The notes under the pieces: generated by a model | Databases searched by the model: none | What the model was told of the DNA's origin: nothing | The model's input: the letters and a program-made list of their open reading frames with translations, nothing else | Made by a program: the position numbers and the translations under genes | Source of the DNA: a virus | IMG/VR virus record: IMGVR_UViG_3300032213_002832 | Coordinates: 64,001 to 128,000 of that record | Strand: one strand, 5' to 3' | DNA length: 64,000 nucleotides | Part shown: positions 48,116 through 57,256 of the stretch, piece after piece | Layout of the letters: every line of letters starts with the position of its first letter | Position numbering within the stretch: position 1 is the first letter of the stretch

Positions 48116-48520
48116 ATGAGTCTCTTAAAAGATCCGAAGAACAAGAAACTACTTGACGAATTTATGATCGAACACGCCCCACTTATCAATAAGCATATTA
48201 ACGTATTGAAATCACAGAATAAGATACCACCACACGTTCAAGAAGAAGACCTACATTTGGCTGGATTCAAGGGTTTAATGGAGGCTGTCCATAAATATGA
48301 TCCAGAGATTGCTAGTCGACTATCTTCGAAAGAGGGTGAAAACGTCTTTGCTAAATATGCCGACAAGAAAATTCGTGGACATATGCTAGATCATGTAGTC
48401 TCTACTGGTGAAATACCTAAAGTACACCAGAAGAGAGCCAAGAATATCAGCCTTCTTGAGAAGCAACCTGAGGCTACTACGACTGTGAATCTGGCGAATC
48501 CGGTGAAGAGCTCAGAATAG
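48116..48520 (+). CDS. Miniature FliA/sigma28-like factor (region 2 only)
   Basis: EHAPLINKH..IPPHVQEEDLHLAGFKGLMEAVHKYDP..FAKYADKKIRGHMLDHV..IPK matches FliA/WhiG region 2; 134 aa with regions 3 and 4 absent. Confidence 0.75.
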   Translation: MSLLKDPKNKKLLDEFMIEHAPLINKHINVLKSQNKIPPHVQEEDLHLAGFKGLMEAVHKYDPEIASRLSSKEGENVFAKYADKKIRGHMLDHVVSTGEIPKVHQKRAKNISLLEKQPEATTTVNLANPVKSSE

Positions 48521-48824
48521 TTTCTAATTGTTCATGGAACTCACCTTCATTCCAAACTTCACCACAAGCTGTAATCACCTCTTTAATAGCCTCATCCTGA
48601 ATTAGAGGGTGAGTGCTTGTATATAGAGCACCGCATAGAGCTACGGTGAGCTTATATTGATCTTCAGGACTATATGTATCGCCTTTGGCTTTATATTTAC
48701 CTAATTCTGCCTTCAACTTATCTGTCATCACTAAATCATTAGAAGTGCCAGCATAGTTACTGAAGAAATCTTCAATCATCTTAATGTCGTCATTATTAAT
48801 CACTACTTTATCCTTAATGTCCAT
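48477..48824 (-). CDS. Hypothetical protein
   Basis: GAGG RBS. Confidence 0.6.
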   Translation of the reverse strand: MDIKDKVVINNDDIKMIEDFFSNYAGTSNDLVMTDKLKAELGKYKAKGDTYSPEDQYKLTVALCGALYTSTHPLIQDEAIKEVITACGEVWNEGEFHEQLETILSSSPDSPDSQS

Positions 48825-48840
48825 TTTTAACCCTCTAGAA

Positions 48841-49491
48841 TTATTTGGTTTTCTTTGTGGTTTTTTTAACCAACGTTTTTGTTTTACCCTTAATTCTATT
48901 CACCTTAGGTTTTAATTCTGGAATTTCATATGCCCATGATACAACCGGAATGATATTAGGGATGCCTATCACGTCAATAATATTGAATTTCTTGGCAGCT
49001 TCGGCAGACATCCATATCTCTTTAGATCCAACAGAATCTTTTATTAATTGTTGAAGTTTCTCATATGTAGTACCACAGTTGGCAGCAAGTAACCCCATAA
49101 AGCACCTATTCATTCTTAAAGCCTCATCACTATCTGCCTTAATAGAGTAAGCGTCACCCCAAGAACCAGTAGAGATATTGTGAATCATCACTCTACTCAA
49201 TGGACCACAGAACCTTGTGTCACCGTGCGACAAAAGGATTGCGCCGCAACTTATAGCTTTGCCCATACAAATAGTGATAAACCTATTCGGAACTTCATCC
49301 ATTGTCTCTATCATTTTAGCTAATGAATCTACAAAACCACCATAACTGTCTATATAGATTGGGATAACTATACTTGGGTCTTGTTTAGCGATGGATAAAA
49401 CCTGGTACCTAAATTCTTGTGCTGATTTCTCTGTAAACTGAGTGACCCAAATCTCTCCACTGTACGCACTTGCCGCCGCTTCATTAGCCAT
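48841..49491 (-). CDS. clpP: ClpP-like protease
   Basis: YIDSYGG, GKAISCGA (Ser), MIHN (His), EIWMSAEAA..IIDVI. Confidence 0.85.
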   Translation of the reverse strand: MANEAAASAYSGEIWVTQFTEKSAQEFRYQVLSIAKQDPSIVIPIYIDSYGGFVDSLAKMIETMDEVPNRFITICMGKAISCGAILLSHGDTRFCGPLSRVMIHNISTGSWGDAYSIKADSDEALRMNRCFMGLLAANCGTTYEKLQQLIKDSVGSKEIWMSAEAAKKFNIIDVIGIPNIIPVVSWAYEIPELKPKVNRIKGKTKTLVKKTTKKTK

Positions 49492-49578
49492 CTGTTACCT
49501 CATAGAATTTAGTATATAATATCTTTATACTCACCCTCCAGTACACAGTACAATATAGATATGAAATAGGAGTAATTA

Positions 49579-50184
49579 ATGACATATTTAAGTGTTAAAG
49601 AAGCTTTGGTTAAGATATTCAATGATTCAGAAAACCCAAGTGAAGTCTTTAAACAAGTGAAGAATGAAGATATCCGTGATTTAGAGATTGCGTTACGTAA
49701 AATGTCAGGTAAGGTATATAAGCAAAACCTCAATAAGAACTCCTCACAAGACTTCAATATATCTAATAACGGACAATGGTCTTTAGAAAAAGCAATCAAG
49801 CCTGGTCCTACTCTAGACTATGGCAAAATAGCTCCAGAACAAAACCCGATCTCAAATCCAGCAGCAGCTAAAGAGGCTAAAACTGCTCGTCTAGCTACTC
49901 AAGAAGCAAACGCCCCATCAATTAATTATGGTGGCAATAGAATGGCCACACCTAAAGTCAATGCTGGCTTAGCTGATAAGGCAAAAGCTGTAAGAGCTAA
50001 AATTGAAGCAGAGAGTAAAGAAACTGCTCTTGAGACTATTCAGCGTAAGCAGAAGATGAACAAAGAAGAAGGTGAACCTCATGATGACCCCAATCATGAG
50101 AAAAAAGAAAAGCAAAAAGCTGCTAAGATAAAAGAAGAAGCTGAAGGCATATTAGATCTACATAAAGCAAAAGCTACTAATTAA
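49579..50184 (+). CDS. Hypothetical, probable internal head protein (GQWSLEK|A)
   Basis: AGGAG RBS, TATAAT at 49515; shares a motif with ORF 8020. Confidence 0.6.
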   Translation: MTYLSVKEALVKIFNDSENPSEVFKQVKNEDIRDLEIALRKMSGKVYKQNLNKNSSQDFNISNNGQWSLEKAIKPGPTLDYGKIAPEQNPISNPAAAKEAKTARLATQEANAPSINYGGNRMATPKVNAGLADKAKAVRAKIEAESKETALETIQRKQKMNKEEGEPHDDPNHEKKEKQKAAKIKEEAEGILDLHKAKATN

Positions 50185-50187
50185 AAG

Positions 50188-50583
50188 TTATTCGATAACC
50201 AATCTCTCACCATTAGAATCTAGCCCATCAACTTCATCGGTATACTTTTTAAGTTTAGTACGATGATTACACGATGGGCATTTTCTCATGTAGAATAAGC
50301 CATCTGCTCTAGGAACAATTATTACTCTTAGATAGTCATTCTTACATCCGTGACATATCCAGGTTTGCTTTAAATTCTCTAATTCAACAGTGATATCAAA
50401 ATCTTCATCTTCATATCCCTGAGTTTCTATTATATCTTTAAGGTTTGAGTATCTATCTATATCAATTCTAGACATTTGCTTTCTAAGTTTCGACATTTGC
50501 TTCTTAAGTTTCTGATTTTCCATCTTAAGACGTCTGATTAAAGTTAGTTCAGTATTACTTTGACCTTTATGACTCTTACCCAT
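50188..50583 (-). CDS. Coiled-coil plus Zn-ribbon protein
   Basis: CHGC..CPSC. Confidence 0.65.
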   Translation of the reverse strand: MGKSHKGQSNTELTLIRRLKMENQKLKKQMSKLRKQMSRIDIDRYSNLKDIIETQGYEDEDFDITVELENLKQTWICHGCKNDYLRVIIVPRADGLFYMRKCPSCNHRTKLKKYTDEVDGLDSNGERLVIE

Positions 50584-50881
50584 TGACTTCCTTTTTAACT
50601 AGGAGTTAATTTAATTATACAGCATTTTAATTGAAAATATTAACGACGAGTGCTGTTATAATAAGAGTAGAATATCTGTATATGTTTCTTTATCAGTGTG
50701 GGGATAAGTTATGACTTCCATTATGTATATTACTCTTTGTTGCTATTGTATATATTGCCACTATAAGACTAATAAATTAATCTTAATTCCAATTAAAAAA
50801 TAATTCCAGTAAATTATTAAAATAACCGTATGCTATTGTGGCATACTTATCTTTTATCGTCACCTCATATGGAGAGTTCAC

Positions 50882-52735
50882 ATGAGTATATCAACTGAGA
50901 TCCTGTCAGACATAACTGTTTTTACGAAATATGCTCGTTATTGGCCAGAACTTGGAAGAAGAGAAACTTGGGAAGAAATATGCTTACGCAACATGGCTAT
51001 GCACATTAAGAAATTTCCTTTATTAAAAGAAGAAATAACAAAAGTATATACTGATTTTGTTATTACTAAAAAAGTATTACCAAGTATGAGGTCTCTTCAG
51101 TTCGCTGGCAAACCTATCGAACGTGATCCTAACAGGATATACAATTGTTGCGCTCTACCTGTAGATGATTATCATGCTTTCAGCGAGACTATGTTCTTAC
51201 TCCTAGGTGGTACTGGTGTTGGTTATTCTGTACAAAAGAAGCATGTACGTAAACTACCCTCTATCATTAAGCCAACCAAACATCGTCGTTATGTAGTTGC
51301 TGACTCTATTGAAGGTTGGGCAGACGCAGTTAAAGCACTTGTCCAAGCTTATATGCTTGGTAGGTCTTTGCCTGTCTATGATTTCTCCGACATACGCGAG
51401 AAAGGTGCTCCACTTATTACCTCAGGTGGTAAGGCTCCAGGTGCTCAGCCACTTAAAGATTGCTTACATAACTTACAAAAGATACTTGATAGCGTGGATG
51501 AAGGCGCCCAGCTGACACCGCTACAAGTTCATGACATGATGTGCTACATTGCTGATTCAGTTTTAGCTGGTGGAATACGTCGTGCCGCACTCATCTGTTT
51601 ATTTAGTTTAGATGATGAAGATATGTTGACATGTAAATTCGGCAACTGGTATGAACTAAACCCTCAAAGAGCACGTGCTAATAACTCTGCTGTAATCGTT
51701 CGTGACTTGGTTGAAGAAGACGACTTCAGAATACTATGGGATAAGATCAAGGCCTCTGGTAGTGGAGAGCCCGGCTTCTATCTCACTAATGATCCTGACT
51801 GGTTGACAAATCCATGTTGCGAAATTGCGTTGCGTCCATTCCAGTTCTGTAACCTTTGTGAAATCAACGCTAATGATATAGTTGATCAGGCTGATTATAA
51901 GGAGCGAGCTGTCGCTGCTGCTTTCATCGGCACATTACAAGCTAGCTATACTGACTTCCATTACCTAAGGGAGATATGGAAGAAGACTACTGAGAAGGAT
52001 GCTCTTATCGGCGTCTCTATGACTGGCATTGCTTCTGGTGCGGTACTTAGCTTAGATGAAGTCGCTGCTGCTGAAGCTGTATTGAAAGAGAACATACGAG
52101 TCGCTGATTTAATCGGAATTAATCATGCCGCAAGAACCACCGCGATCAAACCTGCCGGCACGACATCCTGTGTCCTAGGATCATCCTCTGGCATCCACGC
52201 GTGGCACGATGAATATTTCATTAGACGTATGAGAATTGGAAAGAATGAATCTATTTACACGTATTTAAATATTAATCACCCTGAATTACTTGAAGATGAA
52301 TACTTTAAACCTCATCTAATGAGCGTAGTCTCTCTACCTATTAAGGCTCCAGAAGGTGCTATACTTCGTCATGAGAGTGCGATTGACCTACTTGAAAGAG
52401 TTAAGCGATTCAGTAAAAACTGGGTTAAGACTGGACACAGAGATGGAGCTAATACACATAACGTCTCTGCCACTATCAATATCAAAGAAGATGAATGGGA
52501 TGATGTTAGAGGGTGGATGTTTACTAATCGAGAACACTTCAATGGATTAAGTGTATTACCTCATGATGGCGGAAGTTATATACAGGCGCCTTTTGAGTCA
52601 TGTACTAAAGAAAAGTATGAAGAAATGATAGGGCATTTAAGAGGTATTGATCTTACAAGGATAGTTGAGGTACGAGATGATACAGACTTAAGTGGTGAGC
52701 TCGCTTGTGCGGGTGGAAGCTGTGAGTTGAAATAA
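50882..52735 (+). CDS. nrdJ: Class II (B12-dependent) ribonucleotide reductase, monomeric type
   Basis: YNCC, GTGVG, RRAA, TNPCCEI, FCNLCE, KPAGT, C-terminal ACAGGSCE. Confidence 0.92.
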   Translation: MSISTEILSDITVFTKYARYWPELGRRETWEEICLRNMAMHIKKFPLLKEEITKVYTDFVITKKVLPSMRSLQFAGKPIERDPNRIYNCCALPVDDYHAFSETMFLLLGGTGVGYSVQKKHVRKLPSIIKPTKHRRYVVADSIEGWADAVKALVQAYMLGRSLPVYDFSDIREKGAPLITSGGKAPGAQPLKDCLHNLQKILDSVDEGAQLTPLQVHDMMCYIADSVLAGGIRRAALICLFSLDDEDMLTCKFGNWYELNPQRARANNSAVIVRDLVEEDDFRILWDKIKASGSGEPGFYLTNDPDWLTNPCCEIALRPFQFCNLCEINANDIVDQADYKERAVAAAFIGTLQASYTDFHYLREIWKKTTEKDALIGVSMTGIASGAVLSLDEVAAAEAVLKENIRVADLIGINHAARTTAIKPAGTTSCVLGSSSGIHAWHDEYFIRRMRIGKNESIYTYLNINHPELLEDEYFKPHLMSVVSLPIKAPEGAILRHESAIDLLERVKRFSKNWVKTGHRDGANTHNVSATINIKEDEWDDVRGWMFTNREHFNGLSVLPHDGGSYIQAPFESCTKEKYEEMIGHLRGIDLTRIVEVRDDTDLSGELACAGGSCELK

Positions 52736-52737
52736 GT

Positions 52738-52761
52738 AAAGGGAGCCAATTGGCTCCCTTT
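52738..52761. terminator. Bidirectional terminator
   Basis: Perfect palindrome AAAGGGAGCCAATTGGCTCCCTTT between convergent genes. Confidence 0.85.
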
Positions 52762-52777
52762 TTAATATCAGGTTTTA

Positions 52778-53083
52778 TTATTTCTTCTTAAGAAGCTTCA
52801 ATGGTAAGCAGATACCATTGCCTTCAGCTTCTGGTAAAGAAATTGGGCAACTTGCTGTTCCACATACTAGTGGTGACTGGATACTAATCAATTGATTTGG
52901 TGCCATTGGATTTGGTGCTACTGTAACAATGTTACCAACCACTACACTACAATCTTTTGTCTCTTCATCTTTTGCCATTAGCTTTTCACCAACAACAATA
53001 TCCTGTGCTGTAAGCTCTTTCTTTGCGGATGCGCAAGATACGAAAAACATGGCTACTACTGCTACTGCTAATACTACTCTCAT
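52778..53083 (-). CDS. Small lipoprotein
   Basis: Lipobox FVSC. Confidence 0.65.
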   Translation of the reverse strand: MRVVLAVAVVAMFFVSCASAKKELTAQDIVVGEKLMAKDEETKDCSVVVGNIVTVAPNPMAPNQLISIQSPLVCGTASCPISLPEAEGNGICLPLKLLKKK

Positions 53084-53131
53084 TCTTTCTCTCCTTTGTG
53101 GATTAATTTCATCGATATATGTTATACCAAT

Positions 53132-53596
53132 TTATATATTTACTATGTTACAATTTGCTGTAGTAAAATTGAAGGTTTCATGTATTACACCAGTGACCCT
53201 ATCTATATATCTAGCCTTCATAAGGTTGGTTTTTCTATCTAACATAATCACCCACTTACCACCATTGTTAAAAGGAGCATAAACGTCAGCATCCACTGTT
53301 ACTCGTGCTAATAAAGATCCAGCTTCATCTTTATAATACTCTTGTTTGTTATTTCGTGAGAAGTCATGTCGTGTAGCTACTTCGGCAGAGGCTTTGATAT
53401 TACCATTTTGAGTGATTTCGGCTTTGTATTTAAGTGAAACACCATTTAGTCTTATATAAGATCCACTGGAAACACCTTCGCATTGAATGGTAGATACCAC
53501 TCTATCTGTAATTGGTTGACGCTTGGTTGGTACTTGAATAGATGTTGGATTGTTACAACTGATTATCATTAACAATAAAGAAAAATACCTTACCAT
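53132..53596 (-). CDS. Lipoprotein, paralog of 53643-54170 head domain
   Basis: IISC lipobox; colinear similarity to its neighbour. Confidence 0.7.
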   Translation of the reverse strand: MVRYFSLLLMIISCNNPTSIQVPTKRQPITDRVVSTIQCEGVSSGSYIRLNGVSLKYKAEITQNGNIKASAEVATRHDFSRNNKQEYYKDEAGSLLARVTVDADVYAPFNNGGKWVIMLDRKTNLMKARYIDRVTGVIHETFNFTTANCNIVNI

Positions 53597-53627
53597 AAAA
53601 CCTCCAAGGATTTGTAATAAGGTATGT

Positions 53628-53640
53628 TCGTATCGGTTTT
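53628..53640 (-). promoter_or_regulatory. Phage promoter motif AAAACCGATACGA
   Basis: Intergenic, 32 nt upstream of ATG 53596. Confidence 0.75.
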
Positions 53641-53642
53641 AA

Positions 53643-54170
53643 TTAATAGTTATTAATTATACAGGCAGAAGCTGGATAAGTAAATGTTTGCGTTACCGTG
53701 TCGTGATAAACAACAGTAGCAATACCTGTATAGCGGGCCACACTAATTTCAAACCACCCATTATTATTATATGGAGAGTAATAATCTGCGCCAATTTCTA
53801 TAGCAGCTGTTGAAGCTCCAACTTGATTAGCAGAGTAAAATCGAGAACCAGATGTAGGGTCTACGCCTGGTATAGAAACTTCTGCTGAAGCCCAAACATC
53901 GCCAGCTTTAGTAACTGTAGCCCAATAAGATACCTTAATTCCATTTAGCGCATAAGACGATCCGCTTGTAGTTCCATTACAGTATAACGTAGCTACTACT
54001 TTATTATCAGTTCCCGATGAGCCCGTAGCTCCAGTAGGACCAGTGGCTCCAGTAGGGCCTGGTGAGCCTTTGTCTCCAGTAGGACCAGCTGGTCCAGTAC
54101 CACCATCTTTACCATCAGTACCACAACTCATTAAACTTAACGCCAACATCAGACCACTTAATACTTTCAT
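53643..54170 (-). CDS. Collagen-like lipoprotein
   Basis: LMSC lipobox, about 12 Gly-X-Y triplets, beta head domain. Confidence 0.8.
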   Translation of the reverse strand: MKVLSGLMLALSLMSCGTDGKDGGTGPAGPTGDKGSPGPTGATGPTGATGSSGTDNKVVATLYCNGTTSGSSYALNGIKVSYWATVTKAGDVWASAEVSIPGVDPTSGSRFYSANQVGASTAAIEIGADYYSPYNNNGWFEISVARYTGIATVVYHDTVTQTFTYPASACIINNY

Positions 54171-54198
54171 CGATTCTCCTTAGATTGTTACATAACTA

Positions 54199-54212
54199 TC
54201 GTATCGGTTTTT
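54199..54212 (-). promoter_or_regulatory. Phage promoter motif AAAAACCGATACGA
   Basis: Intergenic, 29 nt upstream of ATG 54170. Confidence 0.75.
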
Positions 54213-54221
54213 ACTTACTTA

Positions 54222-55124
54222 TTACTTACCAGGGATTTCATACCAATCAAGAACACCGCGATCCCCTACTTCAACTTGTTGCCAATTAGGAGAACCGTTA
54301 TCTTTCAGTTCATCAAGATGCTTATAAAAACACTCTCTAAAATAACGTTGCGCATTTACTTTTTCTGGCGTACTAAACTTACGAGTAACGATTGTTGCCA
54401 GTGGTGCCATAGTGCTAATTGGACCAGATGTTAGTCCGTTATAGTTGATGCTATGAGGACGGTATACACCTTTTACTTTGGCGGAGATAGCTTCTCCAAT
54501 TGGAATAAGTTTATATTTAGTTTTATCGAGAGTAGCAATATTTGGAAGAGGTGCTGCGCCAACAAAGATTGCTCCAGCTATTTCACCTTTATCCAAAGCT
54601 TCAAGAACTTCTTTACCAGAGTTGTATGTAACAACTTCAAATCCGCCATCACCTTGACCTTTAAGGATTTTGGCTGTATAAACACCGCCGCCTGCTGCAC
54701 CAATCTTTTGTCCTTGCATTTCAGATAAAGTATTGAAATCAGCTTTACCAAGACTAAGCATTCCCTTTTTAGGGGTTTTTGACTCTTTAAGAAGGAGTAC
54801 GTGGATTGGTTCAGGGTAGAGCGATACGAGTGTTTGGAATCGCTTGTATGATGGATCTGATTGTGAGTTCGCAAAGAATACATCAGAATGTAGAAAAGCA
54901 GCTTGTGCTTTATTATTTACTAATGCTTCTAAATTACCTGGAGCTCCACCTGCTATGCCTTGAGCTTCAGCTATATTAAACTTATCATTAGCACAAACAC
55001 CGATAATTTCTCCAAGCATTTTCTTATATGTACCGCTTGAACTATCACTAGCAACAGATAAAGACAGTCCTTGTGCAAATCCTACTTGACTAATAAAAAA
55101 CAACAATACTAATAACTTTTTCAT
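54222..55124 (-). CDS. TAXI-family periplasmic solute-binding protein
   Basis: Signal peptide (start revised to MKKLLV); SGTY, GAPGNLEAL..AFLHSDV, LYPEPIHVL. Confidence 0.8.
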   Translation of the reverse strand: MKKLLVLLFFISQVGFAQGLSLSVASDSSSGTYKKMLGEIIGVCANDKFNIAEAQGIAGGAPGNLEALVNNKAQAAFLHSDVFFANSQSDPSYKRFQTLVSLYPEPIHVLLLKESKTPKKGMLSLGKADFNTLSEMQGQKIGAAGGGVYTAKILKGQGDGGFEVVTYNSGKEVLEALDKGEIAGAIFVGAAPLPNIATLDKTKYKLIPIGEAISAKVKGVYRPHSINYNGLTSGPISTMAPLATIVTRKFSTPEKVNAQRYFRECFYKHLDELKDNGSPNWQQVEVGDRGVLDWYEIPGK

Positions 55125-55137
55125 TCCATTTCCTTTC

Positions 55138-55257
55138 TTAAAAATGAATACCATCATTATTTGATGACGACGCTGGGGTTGATGAGCTGTCTTGAACAAG
55201 ATAACATGTTAGCCATACAGCTAAGATAACTAAAATACTTGCAATAAACCTATACAC
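55138..55257 (-). CDS. Small single-TM protein (39 aa, not in ORF track)
   Basis: GTG start overlapping the upstream stop; MYRFIASILVILAVWLTCYLVQDSSSTPASSSNNDGIHF. Confidence 0.6.
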   Translation of the reverse strand: MYRFIASILVILAVWLTCYLVQDSSSTPASSSNNDGIHF

Positions 55258-55987
55258 TAGTACTCCCTTCTTTTTTAGCAATTTTCATATGTGACAACTC
55301 TTTAGTTAAAGAGGTTGGTTTATTAATGGCTAGATTCATAGAGTCAATAGTTTTACCTGCCATTGCTTGACGCATCTTGCTTTTAATCGACGTTCTTGCA
55401 ACCTCAATTCGTTGAAGCTCTTCTGGATTACGTTCTGCTCCATGAGCTTTCTCCATAGCTTTTGCTGAACGATGTAGAGCAATATAGAGTTTATTGATAC
55501 GTTGAAGTTCTACAAAATCGATTTTACGTTGTCTTAATGTATCTTCAGCATCTTGAATGATAGCTTGTATTGCATTAATCTGTCCATTAAGCATTTCTTG
55601 TTCTTCTAAAGATGCTGTTTTAAGTTGTTTACTAATTTCCTCTTGAGCTCCTTCTAATTCAGCGCAAGAAGAGGAGTATTGATCTTCTAATACGGCTATT
55701 CTTTCAGCTTCTTTTTGCTCATCTTCCCTAATGGTTTCTTCAGAAAATGCTTCAGTCATTTTGGTTAAGGCTTTTACTCTCCATAAAGCAACAGATCGTG
55801 CGGTTACGGGTACTACAAAGTTCACCATTACTAATCCGACAACAGCTACTACTGATGCTGTCACCAACGATGCGCCAACAACTACCACTGCTGCTGACGC
55901 AGCGCCAACAACCGCGACTGTTCCAGCTACTTTAGCATATCCCTGTAGCTTAACTAGTTTAACATCATCCGGTAAAGTACTACTCAT
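55250..55987 (-). CDS. Membrane protein with long coiled coil
   Basis: Hydrophobic hairpin at the N-terminus, then heptads. Confidence 0.7.
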   Translation of the reverse strand: MSSTLPDDVKLVKLQGYAKVAGTVAVVGAASAAVVVVGASLVTASVVAVVGLVMVNFVVPVTARSVALWRVKALTKMTEAFSEETIREDEQKEAERIAVLEDQYSSSCAELEGAQEEISKQLKTASLEEQEMLNGQINAIQAIIQDAEDTLRQRKIDFVELQRINKLYIALHRSAKAMEKAHGAERNPEELQRIEVARTSIKSKMRQAMAGKTIDSMNLAINKPTSLTKELSHMKIAKKEGSTSV

Positions 55988-56016
55988 TTCTATCTCTCCA
56001 ATTGTTAAATGTTATG

Positions 56017-56262
56017 TTACTTATGCTTCTTGAACATATGATACTCATTGATCACGCACTGCTCATGTCCAGGCCAACAGGCATTGCGGTCCTTCTTCTG
56101 CCTACACATTAGGTAATCTATGAAACACCTATCCGTACGGATGAAGAAGCTGGCTGACACTGCTTGGCTTTCGAGCTGCGTCAATCTCGCATCAAACTCT
56201 TCATCCCGCGAAGGGTGGGAGTGACTACAAGATACTATCAATGCGCACAGTAGGTATTTCAT
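56017..56262 (-). CDS. Small Cys-rich lipoprotein
   Basis: LIVSC lipobox, four further Cys. Confidence 0.6.
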   Translation of the reverse strand: MKYLLCALIVSCSHSHPSRDEEFDARLTQLESQAVSASFFIRTDRCFIDYLMCRQKKDRNACWPGHEQCVINEYHMFKKHK

Positions 56263-56273
56263 ATAGTTTCCTC

Positions 56274-56804
56274 TTAAAAGTCTAAGCCTAAGTTGAATAG
56301 GATAGTCTTGTTGGTTTGTACTTGTCCACCTACAGAGAGGTCAAATGGGGTTAAGCTTTGGTCAATGATGCGCTGATACATTAAACCACCAACAGCACCT
56401 TGTCTACTCTTAACTTCTACTGTATCGCCTTTAGTGTTTTTATCTAAACCACTACGTAGACCTTTGCCAGCAAGAATTGATACTCTGTTGGAACCTGGTT
56501 TGATATAAACCGTGTTTGTCTTAACCTGAGTGGTTGTACACTGAGTTTGACTATGGCTAATATCGTGTGTAACAATAAACTGTTGCTTACGTGGGACTAC
56601 TTTAAACTTTTCAGCTGGTACACTTGATTCACGACCATCGGCAGTACGCACAATGATAGTTGCTCCGCGTAGATGCTTAGGTGTGCTTGTGTCGATCACT
56701 TTAGTTTCAAGTTCTTGAGTTCCAACGTTTTCCATTTTACAAACTGTCTCTTCAGCAAAGACTGGTGTTGAGAACAATATAGTTAATAATGCTAGTTTCT
56801 TCAT
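56274..56804 (-). CDS. Secreted protein with beta-signal-like C-terminus
   Basis: Signal peptide PVFA; alternating strands ending FNLGLDF. Confidence 0.6.
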   Translation of the reverse strand: MKKLALLTILFSTPVFAEETVCKMENVGTQELETKVIDTSTPKHLRGATIIVRTADGRESSVPAEKFKVVPRKQQFIVTHDISHSQTQCTTTQVKTNTVYIKPGSNRVSILAGKGLRSGLDKNTKGDTVEVKSRQGAVGGLMYQRIIDQSLTPFDLSVGGQVQTNKTILFNLGLDF

Positions 56805-57256
56805 CTAAACTTCCTTCTTATTGGTGTTAATACTACATTTGATTCCATTGGTTTTTGTGTAAAAAAGCTTACATGACATGAATATGTGCGTTTTGATGGA
56901 CTATACCAAATACAAGTATTTGATTCTAGTGCTGATAATCCATATTTTCCATGATGATCTTTTATTATTTGAGAAGCTTTTTGTAAAACTTCATTCATAT
57001 TTTGACTTTGAAACATAGCTGCGACAAATCTTTTTTCCCTATACATTTGTGTATAGTTTACTCCACCCCATAATTCCTTATAATCCTTGTAAACATCTTC
57101 CCCTAAATATGCTCTTAATACATTATCTGGTACCTTTTCAGAGATAGTATCATTGTAAAAATGTTTAGGTAGCGTTTGATTTAAAATGCCAAAACCACCT
57201 ATAGCGGAACCAATCAAACCTATACCAATATTTCTAAACAAATCTCGCTTATTCAT
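56801..57256 (-). CDS. Hypothetical exported protein (Tat-like KRDLF signal)
   Basis: MNKRDLFRNIGIGLIG. Confidence 0.55.
   Translation of the reverse strand: MNKRDLFRNIGIGLIGSAIGGFGILNQTLPKHFYNDTISEKVPDNVLRAYLGEDVYKDYKELWGGVNYTQMYREKRFVAAMFQSQNMNEVLQKASQIIKDHHGKYGLSALESNTCIWYSPSKRTYSCHVSFFTQKPMESNVVLTPIRRKFR

Noticed and set aside
50584-50881. Cobalamin riboswitch or replication origin upstream of nrdJ
   Set aside because: The region is AT-rich with divergent TATAAT boxes but has no B12-box, iterons or exact DnaA box.
50882-52735. Intein or intron in RNR
   Set aside because: Length and motif spacing are normal, with no splicing motifs.
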